Positions 40,356-51,389 of a stretch of 64,000 bases of DNA are shown here, piece after piece. Origin of the DNA: an uncultured Acidobacteriota bacterium (GTDB lineage: Bacteria; Acidobacteriota; UBA6911; RPQK01; JAPXNP01); assembly GCA_963777605.1 (NCBI GenBank), contig CAVZRV010000010.1, positions 448,001 to 512,000 of the forward strand, in the 5' to 3' direction. The position numbers were made by a program, and so were the translations under genes. Numbering within the stretch: position 1 is the first letter of the stretch; every line of letters starts with the position of its first letter. The notes beneath the pieces are model-generated. The model saw nothing but the letters and a program-made list of their open reading frames with translations, searched no databases and was not told where the DNA came from.

Positions 40356-40429
40356 CGGCCTGTTCCTCTCCAGACTACCCTTGCCAAAACTCATCGTCGT
40401 CGCATGTACTTTCAGTGTGAAACGAAGGC

Positions 40430-41645
40430 TCAGACTTCTCCGCCCGGCAGGGAGTCCAAATCGACTCTTCGCCCTTCGCTGGCGGCGAGGTAGGCCGCGT
40501 AAACCACTCTCACGACCTGAAGGCCCAACTGACCGTCGGTGAGCGGCTCCCGGTCCTGCGATCACGTCCTCCAGGAACGACCGACACATCCCCCAGTGCC
40601 CTGAAGTCCAATCCTCGTCAGGCATCGGAGTGGACCATCCGGCGCTGGTTTCCAGCTTCTCCAGCAGGTACTGCCCGCGAAATGTCTCGAGGGCCGGTGA
40701 ATATGCCTGAACCAGGTTGTTTGGACTCAGGTTGCAGACAAACCGCGCGTTGGAACCGAAAATTTCAATCCGGCTTTCCATCCCGCCGAGCATGGTGTCG
40801 GAAGCCCAGACCAGCCCCCGAGCCCCGTCTTCAAACGTAACAATCGCCGATCCCCAGTTCTCGACATCCTTCCAGCCCCGTGCAAACCAGACTTTTTCAC
40901 CCCGGTTCAGCGATTCGATCCGGCTCAAATCGCCGACTTCGGCGGTTACGGAAGCTGGCCTGATCGGCTTGCCGTCACGGATCTTTCCCTCCAGGGCCTT
41001 CAGGTAGATCATCGTGCCGACGGGGTGGGCTCCCAGCCTGAGCAGAGCCCCTCCACCCGTGTAGCGCCAGATCTTGGAGAACTGGGAGTGGGATCCGCTG
41101 TGGCACTCGCCCCCACGCATCTCGACGATCGTCCCGCCGCTTTGGCTCAAGAGGCCGGCCACTTTACGAACCGACGGTGCATAGAGCCAGTTCTCTCCGT
41201 ACATCAGTTTGATCCCTCCGGCCCGGGCAGCTTCGACCATTGCGGCTGCGTCACGCACCACCACGTCGAGCATGTGGCGCCGATCCTGGCTTGAGATATC
41301 TTCGTCGGTGCAGTCGGCCGGAAGGTCCTGCCCGACGTATGCAGTCAGCGGCTTGGTGCAGACGACGTGTTTTCCAGCGGCTGCCGCAGCTTCTGTCATC
41401 GGCCGGTGAAGGTGATTCGGTACGCAAAGGTCCACCAGTTGGATGTCCGGCATCTCCAGCAACTCGCGAAAGTCGGTCGTCCACTTGGGAATGCCATGCC
41501 GGGAGGAATACTCCCGCGCCCGCTCGTCCGACACGTCGGCGACCGCCCGAATCGGCTGCTCCAGGCCGCCCGCCTTGGCGTAGCATCGGGCCCGGGTCTC
41601 CGCCAGAAAGCCTGCTCCAATGATCCCAACTCCGATCTGCTTCAT
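40430..41645 (-). CDS. Gfo/Idh/MocA oxidoreductase, with a +1 frameshift near 40556 that fuses it artefactually to the next gene
   Basis: IIGAG, PNHLH, GKHVVCTKPL, GGGAL. The canonical C-terminus REPLTDGQLGLQVVRVVYAAYLAASEGRRVDL ends at TGA 40430 in the shifted frame. Confidence 0.85.
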
Positions 41646-41874
41646 TGTTCGTTCCTCAGCTGTTGCCCACCGTTGAGCGTCCGGGGGTGATGCGGGCAGG
41701 CGTCAGGCACACCTCCCATCACACCGGGACGGAATTCGACTCGAAAACCGAGCTTCCCAAGAATACAATCAACAGTGATTTTTACAAACCATCGGACGGC
41801 GCGCCGGAAAGGTCTCGGCCCGGGGCGAAGAATTCCAGCGAATTGTATACTTTCCCGGACGAAGGGAGGCATCG

Positions 41875-42762
41875 TTGGAGATTCGAACAGCAGTCATACC
41901 AGTTGCGGGTTTGGGCACGCGGCTCTTGCCGGCAACGAAGTCCCAGCCGAAAGAGATGCTGCCGGTAGCCAAGAAACCGGTGGTTCAGTACGTCGTGGAG
42001 GAGATGGAGGCCAACGGCGTCAAACAGATTCTTCTGGTCACCGGTAAGAGCAAGACCTCAATCGAGAACCACTTCGACTTCGACCACGAACTGACCCGCC
42101 ACCTCCGGGAGAGCGGCAAGGAAGACCTGCTGCCCGAACTCGAGTACGAGCGCATGCGGCTCGAGTTCTTCTTCACCAGGCAGCGCAAGCAAAAAGGGCT
42201 GGGAGACGCCATCCTGTGCGCCCAGCATTTCACCCAGGACCACCCCTTCGTGGTTGCCCTCGGGGACAGCATTCTGGGGATCCATGGTTCCTCCCAGGTG
42301 GTCAGCCAAATGATCGAGACATTCGAGGAGCGCAACGCGGCGGCAGTCATCGCTATTGAGGAAGTTCCCCGGGACCAGGTTTCGTCCTACGGCGTCGTCA
42401 AGCCGGACGGCAAAGGCAACGTTTTTGTGATCGAAGACCTCGTCGAAAAGCCGGCCGTAGACGAGGCCCCGAGCAACCTCGCAATCGCGGCGCGATACGT
42501 CTTCTCCCCGGCCATCTACTCGGCCATCGCCCGCACCGAACCGGGCAAGAGCGGCGAAATCCAGCTGACCGATGCGGTGCGGCTCCTGATCGACGAGGGG
42601 CAGACCGTACTCGGCGTCCGGATACCCTCACACCAGAAGCGCTACGACATCGGCAACTTCCGAAGCTATTTCGAGGCGTTCATCGAGTTCGGGCTCGATG
42701 ATCCTGAACTGGGTCCGTACCTGCGCCGTTTCCTCGAGGCGAGACTACATGAAGATCATTGA
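41875..42762 (+). CDS. galU: UTP--hexose-1-phosphate uridylyltransferase (GalU family)
   Basis: VIPVAGLGTRLLPATK.QPKEMLP, GLGDA, LGD, VEKP, GEIQLTDA, YDIG. TTG start with GGGAGG RBS. Confidence 0.9.
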   Translation: MEIRTAVIPVAGLGTRLLPATKSQPKEMLPVAKKPVVQYVVEEMEANGVKQILLVTGKSKTSIENHFDFDHELTRHLRESGKEDLLPELEYERMRLEFFFTRQRKQKGLGDAILCAQHFTQDHPFVVALGDSILGIHGSSQVVSQMIETFEERNAAAVIAIEEVPRDQVSSYGVVKPDGKGNVFVIEDLVEKPAVDEAPSNLAIAARYVFSPAIYSAIARTEPGKSGEIQLTDAVRLLIDEGQTVLGVRIPSHQKRYDIGNFRSYFEAFIEFGLDDPELGPYLRRFLEARLHEDH

Positions 42763-43759
42763 GTCGATTGCCTTCGCGCGGGCGGGTTTACTGGGCAATC
42801 CGTCCGACGGGTACTTCGGAAAGACCATCTCACTCGCGTTCCAGAACTTCCGGGCGCGGATCGTCCTCTACGAGTGGCCCGAACTGGAGATCATTCTCAG
42901 CCGGCAGGACCGCTGTGAGTTCTCAGGCCTCGACGAGCTTGTCGAAGACGTCAAGCTCAACGGACTTTACGGCGGACTTCGCCTGATCAAGGCTGCCATC
43001 AAGGTCTTTGCCGAGTACTGCACCACCCACGAGATTGCGCTGCCCGATCACAACTTCGCGCTTCGCTACGAGACAGACATTCCGCGGCAGGTCGGCCTGG
43101 CCGGCTCGAGTGCCATCATCACGGCGGTAATCCGTGCCCTGACCCGCTTTTACGGTGTGGACATCAGCAAGCCTCACCTCGCCAACCTGATCCTCTCCGT
43201 CGAGACCCGGGAGATCGGGATCGCCGCGGGCTTGCAGGACCGCGTGACTCAGGTCTATCAGGGCCTGGTCTACATGGACTTCGCCCGGGAACACTTCGCA
43301 AAGCAAGGTTTCGGCAGTTACGAGATACTGAGGCCTCCGGTTCCGCCGGCATTCTATGTCGCTTATCGCCAGAACCTGAGCCAGATCTCCGGGGTCTATC
43401 ACAGCAACCTGAAGGAACGATGGGAATCGGGTGAACCGCAGGTGATCGGCGCCATGAACGAGTTCGCCAGGCTTGCCGAGGAAGGCAGAGCCGCCTTGAC
43501 AGAAGGCGACGTTCCGGCTTTTTCGCAGTTGATGGACCGCAACTTCGACCTCAGAAGAAGTCTCGTCCGACTCGATCCCATCAACATCGAGATCGTGGAG
43601 GCCGCCCGCAAGCTGGGTGTCTCGGCCAAGTATGCGGGGTCCGGTGGTTCGATCGTGGGCGTCTGCGCTGAACAGGACCGATTCGAGGCGCTGAGCCGCT
43701 CACTGGGGGACCTCGGCTGCGCGGTCTTCAGACCCACCCCGGCCCCTCCGCTGGAGTGA
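42749..43759 (+). CDS. GHMP kinase, glucuronokinase-like
   Basis: ARAGLLGNPSDGYFGKTIS, YGG, YETDIPRQVGLAGSSA, IAAGLQDRV.QVY.GLVYMDF, KYAGSGG. Overlaps the galU stop by 14 nt. Confidence 0.85.
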   Translation: MKIIESIAFARAGLLGNPSDGYFGKTISLAFQNFRARIVLYEWPELEIILSRQDRCEFSGLDELVEDVKLNGLYGGLRLIKAAIKVFAEYCTTHEIALPDHNFALRYETDIPRQVGLAGSSAIITAVIRALTRFYGVDISKPHLANLILSVETREIGIAAGLQDRVTQVYQGLVYMDFAREHFAKQGFGSYEILRPPVPPAFYVAYRQNLSQISGVYHSNLKERWESGEPQVIGAMNEFARLAEEGRAALTEGDVPAFSQLMDRNFDLRRSLVRLDPINIEIVEAARKLGVSAKYAGSGGSIVGVCAEQDRFEALSRSLGDLGCAVFRPTPAPPLE

Positions 43760-43964
43760 CTTGAAACTCCACTGAAACTGCATCTTTGGGACCAGTTGGA
43801 AGTCCTGGATGATTTGGACGCGTCTGGATGGAGATTCGGGCGATCGGTCGAACTTAGAAGCCGTGGCTCTCGGCTGGATCCTGGATACCCCGATTCCAGA
43901 ACGCGAGCGCGAGCGGCGCCGGACGTTAGCAAGTCACCAGAAGTGATACCGAAGGCCGGAACCG

Positions 43965-44156
43965 TTAAGCCGATCGCACACCCAACTTCTTGAGAATGCT
44001 CATGAGCGGACACCAGTTCGTAAACGCCGACTGGAACAGGTTCAACCCGACGAAGGCAGTGAAAAAATACCAGTAGGCGTTAACCCAGTGGCCCAGCGCG
44101 AGGCTGATCAACACAAAGAACCCGGCAACGAGTCGCAAATAACGTTCAACATTCAT
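43965..44156 (-). CDS. DUF2892 (YgaP-like transmembrane) protein
   Basis: ERYLRLVAG..FVGLNLFQSAFTNWCP. Confidence 0.9.
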   Translation of the reverse strand: MNVERYLRLVAGFFVLISLALGHWVNAYWYFFTAFVGLNLFQSAFTNWCPLMSILKKLGVRSA

Positions 44157-44161
44157 TCGAG

Positions 44162-47100
44162 TTAACCTCCGTTCACATTCGAATCAGGGGAAACTTTGAC
44201 GACCGAACCAAATCTTCGACCGGCCAGGAAGTAGAGTATCGGAACGGTCATTCGGGACAGCAGCAGCGAGGCGACCTCACCGGCCATCAAGGATATCGCC
44301 AACCCCTGGAAAATCGGGTCGAAAAGGATCACCGATGCACCCACTATAACAGCAGCGGCCGTCAACAGCATGGGGCGAAACCGGACGGCACCAGCGTCCA
44401 CGACGGCTTTGTCGAGAGGTACCCCTTCTCTCAGCCGCAGCTCTACGAAATCGACCAGAATGATCGAATTCCGCACCACGATTCCCGCACCCGCGATGAA
44501 ACCGATCATCGACGTCGCGGTAAAGAAGGCGCCCATGCCCCAGTGCGCGGGCAGAATGCCGACCAGAGAGAAGGGGATGGCAGCCATAATCACAAACGGC
44601 GTCAACAACGACTGGAACCACCCGACGACGAGAATGTAGATCAGCACCAGTACCGCCGCGAAGGCAATTCCAAGATCGCGGAACACTTCGTACGTGATGT
44701 GCCATTCACCGTCCCACTTCACAGCATACTGCTGAATCTCAAAGGGCTGCGCAGCCGTGTACTGGGCAACCTTGTACCCGGGCGGAAACCGCACCTTTTC
44801 GACGCTGTCGCTCAGCTTGAGGATGGCATACACGGGACTCTCCTCGGTGCCCGCGACGTCCCCGGTCACGTAGACGACCGGCTTCAGGTTCTTGTGATAA
44901 ATGCTCTGTTCGTTGACCGACTTCTCAAGCCGCACCAGTTCACCGAGAGGGACCTGCTGCCCCCCTTGGCCGGTCAGTCGGATTCCTTCGATGGCAGACA
45001 GGCTCGAACGGCGCTCCTTCGGGAGTCTGAGCAGGATCGAGACGTCCTCCTTCTCATGCGGATCGTGGAGCAGGCCGGCGCTCATTCCATCCACGGCCAG
45101 CCGAACGGTGGCGGTGATCTGTTCGACCGAGATTCCGCTCAGCGCCGCCTTCTCCTGGTTGACGTGGAAGATCAGTTTCTCCTGGTTGGCTTCGATGTAG
45201 GAATCGACATCGACTACGCCAGGGGTGTCCCGAAAGATGTCTTCGATCTGGCGGGCCAGTTCAATCTGCTTCGAATAGTCCGGGCCGTAGACCTCGGCCA
45301 CCAGGGTCTGGAGCACGGGCGGACCCGGCGGAACCTCGGCCACCTTGACGGCAGCTCCGTAGCGGGCCGCGATTTCCTGGATCGGTCCCCGGACCTCCTT
45401 GGCGATCGGGTGACTCTGCTGGTCCCGGTCCTCCTTGGGAGCGAGGTTCACCTGGATGTCGGCCTGGTTGGGCAGCCGGCGCAGGAAGTAGTGACGGACG
45501 AGTCCGTTGAAGTTGTACGGAGCCGACGTCCCCACGTAAGTCTGGAAGTTCATCACTGCCGGCACCGTCGCCAGGTAGCTGCCGATGTCATGAGTGACCG
45601 CTGCGGTATCTTCGAGGGTCGTACCCTCGGGCATATCGATCACAACCTGGAATTCACTCTTGTTGTCGAAGGGCAGCATCTTGACCGTGACCAACTTGAA
45701 CGCAACCATCGAAAGTGCCCCGATAAGCAGGACCACCACCCCGATCAGGAAGCTGTAGCGTATCATCGGGACGTGGATCAGCCGGCCCATCACCTGGCGG
45801 TACATCCGCGTGCTCAATCCCTCCTCGTCGCGGTGTCCATCGTCCCCGTCTTCGTGTCGCTTGAGCAGTCGAACGGAGGCCCACGGAGTCACCATGAACG
45901 CCACCAGGAGAGAAAACAGCATCGCTGCCGATGCCCCCACCGGAATCGGCCTCATGTAGGGACCCATCAACCCGCGGACGAATGCCATCGGGATGATCGC
46001 GGCGATGACAGCGAATGTCGCCAGGATGGTCGGGTTCCCGACCTCGTCCACCGCCTCCGTTGCGACTTCCAGGATCGGTCTGCCCCGGTTTCCGGGCAGC
46101 CGGTAGTGACGGACGATGTTTTCGACGACCACGATGGCGTCATCGACCAGAATACCGATTGAGAAGATAAGAGCGAAAAGCGTCACGCGGTTGAGCGTAT
46201 AGCCAAGAAAGTAGAAGACGACCAAGGTCAGGGCCAGGGTCACCGGAATGGCGATCGCGACAATTCCCGACTCGCGGAAACCGAGAGTCAACCAGATGAG
46301 GATGGTGACCGAGAGAATCGCCAGAAACATGTGGAAAAGCAGTTCATCCGATTTCTCTTCGGCGGTCGCCCCATAGTTCCGGGAAATCGTCATCTGGATA
46401 TCTTCCGGGACAAGCCTGCCGCGCTGGTCCTCAAGCTTCCGAATGACATTGTCCGCGACGTTAATGGCGTTGGTTCCCTTCCGCTTGGCTACCGAGATGG
46501 TCACTGCGGGGTAGGTACTTCCGACAACCCCTTGCTCGCCCCCATCCTCGATTCCGGCAGGCGCCCCAACTTCGTTCGGAGATCCGGGTTCGGCCCCGAT
46601 GCTTTCCGTGAATTTCGCGGCCGGGCCCTCCCCGAAGAGGACATAGTTGGAGAGCTCTTCCGGGCCGTCCACGACCTGAGCGATTTCGCGCAGGTAGACC
46701 GGACGGTTCGTGAAGACCGCCACGACCAGGTTCCGGACGTCATCCGATGTCCTCAGGAAGCCTCCCGTCTCAACCAGCACCTCCCGGTTCTCGGCCGAGA
46801 AGTTCCCTGACTGCATCTGCTTGTTCGACTGACCGAGGACCTTCATCACCCAGGCAGGCGAAACGTTGAGGGCTGCCATCCGGTTGACATCGAAGAGCAC
46901 CCTCACCTGCCGCCGTTGTCCGCCGATCAAGGTAACTTCTGAAACATCGTCCACCTGCTTGATCGAGTCATCGAGCTGTGCGGCGACTCTCCGCAGCATG
47001 TAGTGATCCTGCGTCTTGCTCCACAGTGTGATGCCAAGAATCGGGACGTCGTCGATCGATCGCGGCTTCACAAGGGGCGGGCTGGCGCCCGGCGGGATCA

Positions 47101-47470
47101 GATCGAAGTTCGCGTACATCTTCTGATTGAGCCGGACTATGGCCTTTTCCTCATCTTCACCAACCAGGAACCGGACGATCGCCATCGACGAACCCGGACT
47201 CGAAGTTGAGTAGATGTACTCCACCCCGGGAATCTCCCAGAGGAGCTTCTCCATCGGACGGGTGACCCGCTCCTCAACCTCTTTTGCGCTCGCTCCAGGC
47301 ATCTGCACGAAGACGTCGATCATTGGGACGATAATCTGCGGCTCTTCCTCGCGCGGCAGCATGAGCACCGCCCCAATTCCAAGGAGGATGGAGGCGGCAA
47401 CGATCAAGGGCGTCAACTTCGAGTCGATGAACGCGTGAGCGACTTTGCCTGCTAACCCTATGTTCTTCAT
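44162..47470 (-). CDS. RND efflux permease (AcrB/CzcA superfamily)
   Basis: [43 protein letters not shown]. Confidence 0.95.
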   Translation of the reverse strand: MKNIGLAGKVAHAFIDSKLTPLIVAASILLGIGAVLMLPREEEPQIIVPMIDVFVQMPGASAKEVEERVTRPMEKLLWEIPGVEYIYSTSSPGSSMAIVRFLVGEDEEKAIVRLNQKMYANFDLIPPGASPPLVKPRSIDDVPILGITLWSKTQDHYMLRRVAAQLDDSIKQVDDVSEVTLIGGQRRQVRVLFDVNRMAALNVSPAWVMKVLGQSNKQMQSGNFSAENREVLVETGGFLRTSDDVRNLVVAVFTNRPVYLREIAQVVDGPEELSNYVLFGEGPAAKFTESIGAEPGSPNEVGAPAGIEDGGEQGVVGSTYPAVTISVAKRKGTNAINVADNVIRKLEDQRGRLVPEDIQMTISRNYGATAEEKSDELLFHMFLAILSVTILIWLTLGFRESGIVAIAIPVTLALTLVVFYFLGYTLNRVTLFALIFSIGILVDDAIVVVENIVRHYRLPGNRGRPILEVATEAVDEVGNPTILATFAVIAAIIPMAFVRGLMGPYMRPIPVGASAAMLFSLLVAFMVTPWASVRLLKRHEDGDDGHRDEEGLSTRMYRQVMGRLIHVPMIRYSFLIGVVVLLIGALSMVAFKLVTVKMLPFDNKSEFQVVIDMPEGTTLEDTAAVTHDIGSYLATVPAVMNFQTYVGTSAPYNFNGLVRHYFLRRLPNQADIQVNLAPKEDRDQQSHPIAKEVRGPIQEIAARYGAAVKVAEVPPGPPVLQTLVAEVYGPDYSKQIELARQIEDIFRDTPGVVDVDSYIEANQEKLIFHVNQEKAALSGISVEQITATVRLAVDGMSAGLLHDPHEKEDVSILLRLPKERRSSLSAIEGIRLTGQGGQQVPLGELVRLEKSVNEQSIYHKNLKPVVYVTGDVAGTEESPVYAILKLSDSVEKVRFPPGYKVAQYTAAQPFEIQQYAVKWDGEWHITYEVFRDLGIAFAAVLVLIYILVVGWFQSLLTPFVIMAAIPFSLVGILPAHWGMGAFFTATSMIGFIAGAGIVVRNSIILVDFVELRLREGVPLDKAVVDAGAVRFRPMLLTAAAVIVGASVILFDPIFQGLAISLMAGEVASLLLSRMTVPILYFLAGRRFGSVVKVSPDSNVNGG

Positions 47471-47506
47471 TCTGTACTCCCGGCAAGCCCGTCCCGGACT
47501 GGGCCT

Positions 47507-48787
47507 TTAACACTCCACTCCGAGTTCGTGCACAAAGGAATCCGACTGCCCGAAACCGGGCATCACCCCAAGGCCCGCCCCGGGGAGATTGGCCGAAATC
47601 GTGACCGCGGACCCGTCGCGCAGCTCATGCGAAGGTTCGATCACGACCCGATCGCCCTGCGCCACCCCGGCCAGTACTTCGATCCGGCCGTCCAGGCTGC
47701 GTCCAGTCTTGATCAGGCGAAACCGGGCGTGGTTCTCGGGCCCCACCACGTAAAGCCCGACCAACTGGCCTCGCCGAATGACGGCCGACTCAGGAACGGT
47801 CAGCATCGCCTCGCCGGGAGCCGGGAAGAAAGCCGTGCCATACATTCCGGAGTGCAGTCCGGCAAGCGGTTCCAACCGGATTTTGACGACAAAGGAACGA
47901 CTGGCGGGATCGGCCCGCGGATCGATTTCCCGCACTGTGCCCGGAAACTGCTGGCCCAGAGAGCTGACATTGACCGTGACCTCGGCACCCACCTGAACCG
48001 CCGGGACCCGGCTCTCCGAGACCACGGCCTCGAGCTGATAGTCGGCCGGATCCTCAATCGTCAGCAGCAGCATGCCCGGCGACGCCAGTTGGCCGATCTC
48101 GACCTGTCTTGTCGAAACCACTCCCGCGTAAGGCGCCGACACCGTGCAGTAGCCCACAAACAGATTGGCTTGATCGAGCATGGCCTCGGCCTGACGAATC
48201 TTCGACTCGACCTGGCCCTTCTTGGCCCGTACCGACTCGAGCATGTCTTCGGCCTGGCGGAGTTGCGCCTGGGCGCCCTGGTTTCTGGCCGATACCTCGT
48301 CGAATTCCTGCTGGCTGACCGACTTCCGCTCGAGCAGGGTCTTATACCGGTCAAAGGTTGACTGCGCCAGCGTGGCGTTGGCGGCAGCGGCTTCCTTGCC
48401 CGATTCCGCAGCCAGGATCGCCTTTCCCACCTCGTTCAGGGCCTGGCGGGCCTCTTCCAAGCCGGCTTCGGCCTGCGCGACCTGGGCACGGGCGTCGCGG
48501 GGGTCGATTTCGAGCAGCAACTGCCCTTTCGACACGCGATCCCCTTCGCGGACCCGTACAGAGGTGACATACCCCATGACCTTGGCGGAAATCGGCGTGA
48601 CGGTCTTCGACTCAACCGTCCCGGTGGCCTCGAACCCGGCCGCCTGGGTGGTGCTCTCAACCTGACCGACTCGAACCGAGACGGGTGGCCCCTCCGGAAT
48701 TTCAGCTTGCCGCTCCGTGCCGCTGGAACACTGAGTCATGGTCAAAGCCGAAGCCAAGGCTAATGTAATGAATAGGTTGCGAATCAT
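47507..48787 (-). CDS. RND membrane fusion protein
   Basis: Lipoyl-like VREGDRVSKGQLL, coiled coil, APYAGVV, GMYG, VPESAV. Confidence 0.93.
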   Translation of the reverse strand: MIRNLFITLALASALTMTQCSSGTERQAEIPEGPPVSVRVGQVESTTQAAGFEATGTVESKTVTPISAKVMGYVTSVRVREGDRVSKGQLLLEIDPRDARAQVAQAEAGLEEARQALNEVGKAILAAESGKEAAAANATLAQSTFDRYKTLLERKSVSQQEFDEVSARNQGAQAQLRQAEDMLESVRAKKGQVESKIRQAEAMLDQANLFVGYCTVSAPYAGVVSTRQVEIGQLASPGMLLLTIEDPADYQLEAVVSESRVPAVQVGAEVTVNVSSLGQQFPGTVREIDPRADPASRSFVVKIRLEPLAGLHSGMYGTAFFPAPGEAMLTVPESAVIRRGQLVGLYVVGPENHARFRLIKTGRSLDGRIEVLAGVAQGDRVVIEPSHELRDGSAVTISANLPGAGLGVMPGFGQSDSFVHELGVEC

Positions 48788-48807
48788 GGTTTCGATCCTC
48801 GCCACGT

Positions 48808-50184
48808 TTAATTTGAAAATTGCGAGACTTCGTTGAGGGAACCTGTGCTGAGCAGGATTCCCGCATAGTTCAGGTAATGTTCATAGCGGGCGCCCAGAAC
48901 ATTGAAACGGGCGCTGAGCAACGCTGTCTGGGCCCGGAGGACCTCGGTGACCGTCGTCAGACCGACGTTCTGACGGTCTTCCACAATGCGCAGGGCCTCC
49001 ACGGCCTGGTCTACCGCGGCCGCCGCAAACTGAAGCCGTTGACGCGAGCTCAAATAGCCCTGGTAGGCCTTGACGACCTCGAGTCGGATCTGGTTCCCGA
49101 CCCTCTCTTTTTCAGCGCCGGCCGCCCTTTCCGCTGCCACGGCCTGCCGGATGCGGGACGTGCGTCCCATGTCGACAATGTCGAAATTGAGGCTGGCTCC
49201 AACCGCAAAATCACCGCTGCCGTTGGAAAGGTCCTGGGTGCTGTTGGCCGCCTGGGCAAACAGGTTCAGGTTGGGATACCACTGTCCTTTGCTCTTGCGG
49301 ACCTCTTCCTGGGCGAGGTCAACCTGGCGCTGCGCGTTAGTGTAGTCCGGACGCATCTGAAGTGCCCGGTTGATCAAGCCGGACTGTTCGGGTTCCGGGA
49401 ACTGTCGCTCGTCAAGGCTTCCGGCAAGCTCTTGGGGCGCGTCGATAGGAAGAGCCAGGACCGTGTTCAAGCCCGCCCGGGCGGTTTCGACATCTCCTCG
49501 TGCCTGCACCAGCTGCTGCTGAAAATCAGCCAGCTGGACCTGCATCGACAGAAGGTCCGAGGTGACCGCGACACCCGTCTCGACCTTCGCACGGATACTC
49601 TCAACCTGGGATTCCGCCGTGCGGACCGCTTCTTCCGCTACCGCCTGGCGTTGCCGGGCAAGGATCAGCCCGTAATAGGCCTGAATGACATGCAACCGAA
49701 TCTGCTGCCGGGCCCAGTCATCATCGGCACCGGCCTGTCCTCCCCTGATTTCCGCCTGCCTGATCCCGGAACTGACCTGAAACCGGTTGAAGACCGGAAG
49801 CTTCAGGTTCAACGATGACCTGAAATTGGAGATCGAAGGAGGGTGGTTCAAGTAGTTCGGATCAAAGTTGGCGGGACCAAACCGGCCCTGCTCGAGGAGG
49901 GACCCGAACACGAAGACAGGGTTGTTGCTGTTGGTGTAGGTCTCACTGAAACTCAGCATGGGATAGCGACCCGACTTGGCCTCGCTCAATTGCGCCGACG
50001 CGACGTCGATGCCGGCTTCCGTTGCTTTGAGCATCGGGTTGTTCTGCAAAGCGAGGTTCACCGCCTGGTCCAAGGTCAGGCCACCCGCTTGCTGAGAGAC
50101 TTCTGCCGCTTCCGGCTGGCCGCTTAAACCTGTGGCCAGCAAAACGGCAAAGACGAATTTCGGGATTCTGCTCGTTCTGCTCAT
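48808..50184 (-). CDS. TolC-family outer membrane protein
   Basis: LTLDQAVNLALQNNP, YPMLS, AYY, RPD, YPNL, G.TT.TEVL.AQ. Confidence 0.92.
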   Translation of the reverse strand: MSRTSRIPKFVFAVLLATGLSGQPEAAEVSQQAGGLTLDQAVNLALQNNPMLKATEAGIDVASAQLSEAKSGRYPMLSFSETYTNSNNPVFVFGSLLEQGRFGPANFDPNYLNHPPSISNFRSSLNLKLPVFNRFQVSSGIRQAEIRGGQAGADDDWARQQIRLHVIQAYYGLILARQRQAVAEEAVRTAESQVESIRAKVETGVAVTSDLLSMQVQLADFQQQLVQARGDVETARAGLNTVLALPIDAPQELAGSLDERQFPEPEQSGLINRALQMRPDYTNAQRQVDLAQEEVRKSKGQWYPNLNLFAQAANSTQDLSNGSGDFAVGASLNFDIVDMGRTSRIRQAVAAERAAGAEKERVGNQIRLEVVKAYQGYLSSRQRLQFAAAAVDQAVEALRIVEDRQNVGLTTVTEVLRAQTALLSARFNVLGARYEHYLNYAGILLSTGSLNEVSQFSN

Positions 50185-50477
50185 AACGATCACTGCTCGG
50201 GTTATTTGTTGACTGCAAGAAACCCCAGAGAGGCGCACCCCGGGTCGCCGTTCAAGCCGATCGACCCGCAATACCTTTCGCCAAGAATCTAGCGCACGCC
50301 CTGTAGATTCTTAACAAAAGTCAAAGATGTCATATCCGCTCCAAAGGATTCGACATTCAAGGGTGGAAAAGTCCACAATCTTTATTCCAAACCGATGAGA
50401 CGCAAACCGCAAGTCGAAATCCACATTTCTCGCCGAACTCCGGTCCAATCGTCCAACTCAGTGAAGGGACGTCGTTT

Positions 50478-51347
50478 TTGATACCAGTGAGTGGCGCCGT
50501 CCAGGTCATTCTGGCGGGAATCCTGTTTGCGCTGATGAGCGGTGGAGTCAAGTTATTGGCCGGCACCCAGCCCAACGCGGTAATCGTGTTCTTTCGAAAT
50601 GCCTTTGCACTTGCCGCCTTCCTGCCCTGGATTCTCCACCGTGGTATCGCCACCCTGCATACGAAAGTGCCCCAGTTCCACCTCCTTCGAAGCCTGGCGG
50701 GACTCAGCGCGATGTACTGCTTCTTCTTTGCCATCGGCCGCCTCGAACTGGCCGGAGCCGTCCTGTTGAATTACACGCTGCCGCTCTTCATGCCGTTGAT
50801 CGCGTGGGTGTGGCTGAAGGAACCGGTAACGCGGACGATCGGGCTGGCGGTGGGGCTGGGATTCATCGGGGTGTTGTTCGTGGTGAAGCCGGGCACCAGC
50901 GTTTTCCAATCCGCAGCCTTGGTTGGCCTCTCCGCCGGCATCCTCGGAGCCCTTGCCCAGGTCACCATCCGGCGGCTGACCAGAACAGAACCGGCCTTCC
51001 GCATCGTGTTCTACTTTTCACTCATCACAACAGCGGTTTCGGCGGTCCCGGTCCCCTGGCGCCGGCTCCATCTTCCCTTGCACGATCTCGCCATCCTTGC
51101 CGTCATCGGGGTCCTCGCGGCCACCGCACAGATCCTGCTGACTCGTGGCTATGCTTCCGCTCCGGCCGCCAGCGTGGGGCCGTTCATCTACAGCTCGGTG
51201 ATCTTCGCCGGTATCCTCGACTGGCTGTTCTGGAGTCACGTACCCCGCTTATCTTCCCTGCTGGGTATGATCCTGATCTGCCTCGGAGGGATCCTCGTGA
51301 TGAAAGGGTCCTTGAGACGCTTTAGCGGAATTCGTAACCTGCCCTGA
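50478..51347 (+). CDS. DMT/EamA-family transporter
   Basis: 10 TM segments, VFFR, PLF..LIA...LKE, APAASVGPFIY. Confidence 0.9.
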   Translation: MIPVSGAVQVILAGILFALMSGGVKLLAGTQPNAVIVFFRNAFALAAFLPWILHRGIATLHTKVPQFHLLRSLAGLSAMYCFFFAIGRLELAGAVLLNYTLPLFMPLIAWVWLKEPVTRTIGLAVGLGFIGVLFVVKPGTSVFQSAALVGLSAGILGALAQVTIRRLTRTEPAFRIVFYFSLITTAVSAVPVPWRRLHLPLHDLAILAVIGVLAATAQILLTRGYASAPAASVGPFIYSSVIFAGILDWLFWSHVPRLSSLLGMILICLGGILVMKGSLRRFSGIRNLP

Positions 51348-51389
51348 ATTCCCCGCAACGATACATGAGAGCCACCCGAACGGGAGTAC

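Noticed and set aside
39222-41645. 807-aa oxidoreductase-sialidase 'fusion' in the ORF track
   Set aside because: The true Gfo C-terminus and stop lie in the +1 frame (TGA 40430). The 'linker' is read-through junk, and the sialidase has its own RBS and signal peptide.
44543-46162. Long antisense ORFs (this 539-aa one, also 1366..2487, 5596..6750, 21078..22070, 39315..40493, 58156..59307)
   Set aside because: They are shadows of GC3-rich genes on the opposite strand and carry no recognisable motifs.
50385-50475. Possible c-di-GMP-I riboswitch (GACGCAAA word)
   Set aside because: No GNRA-capped stem or tetraloop receptor in the expected arrangement.
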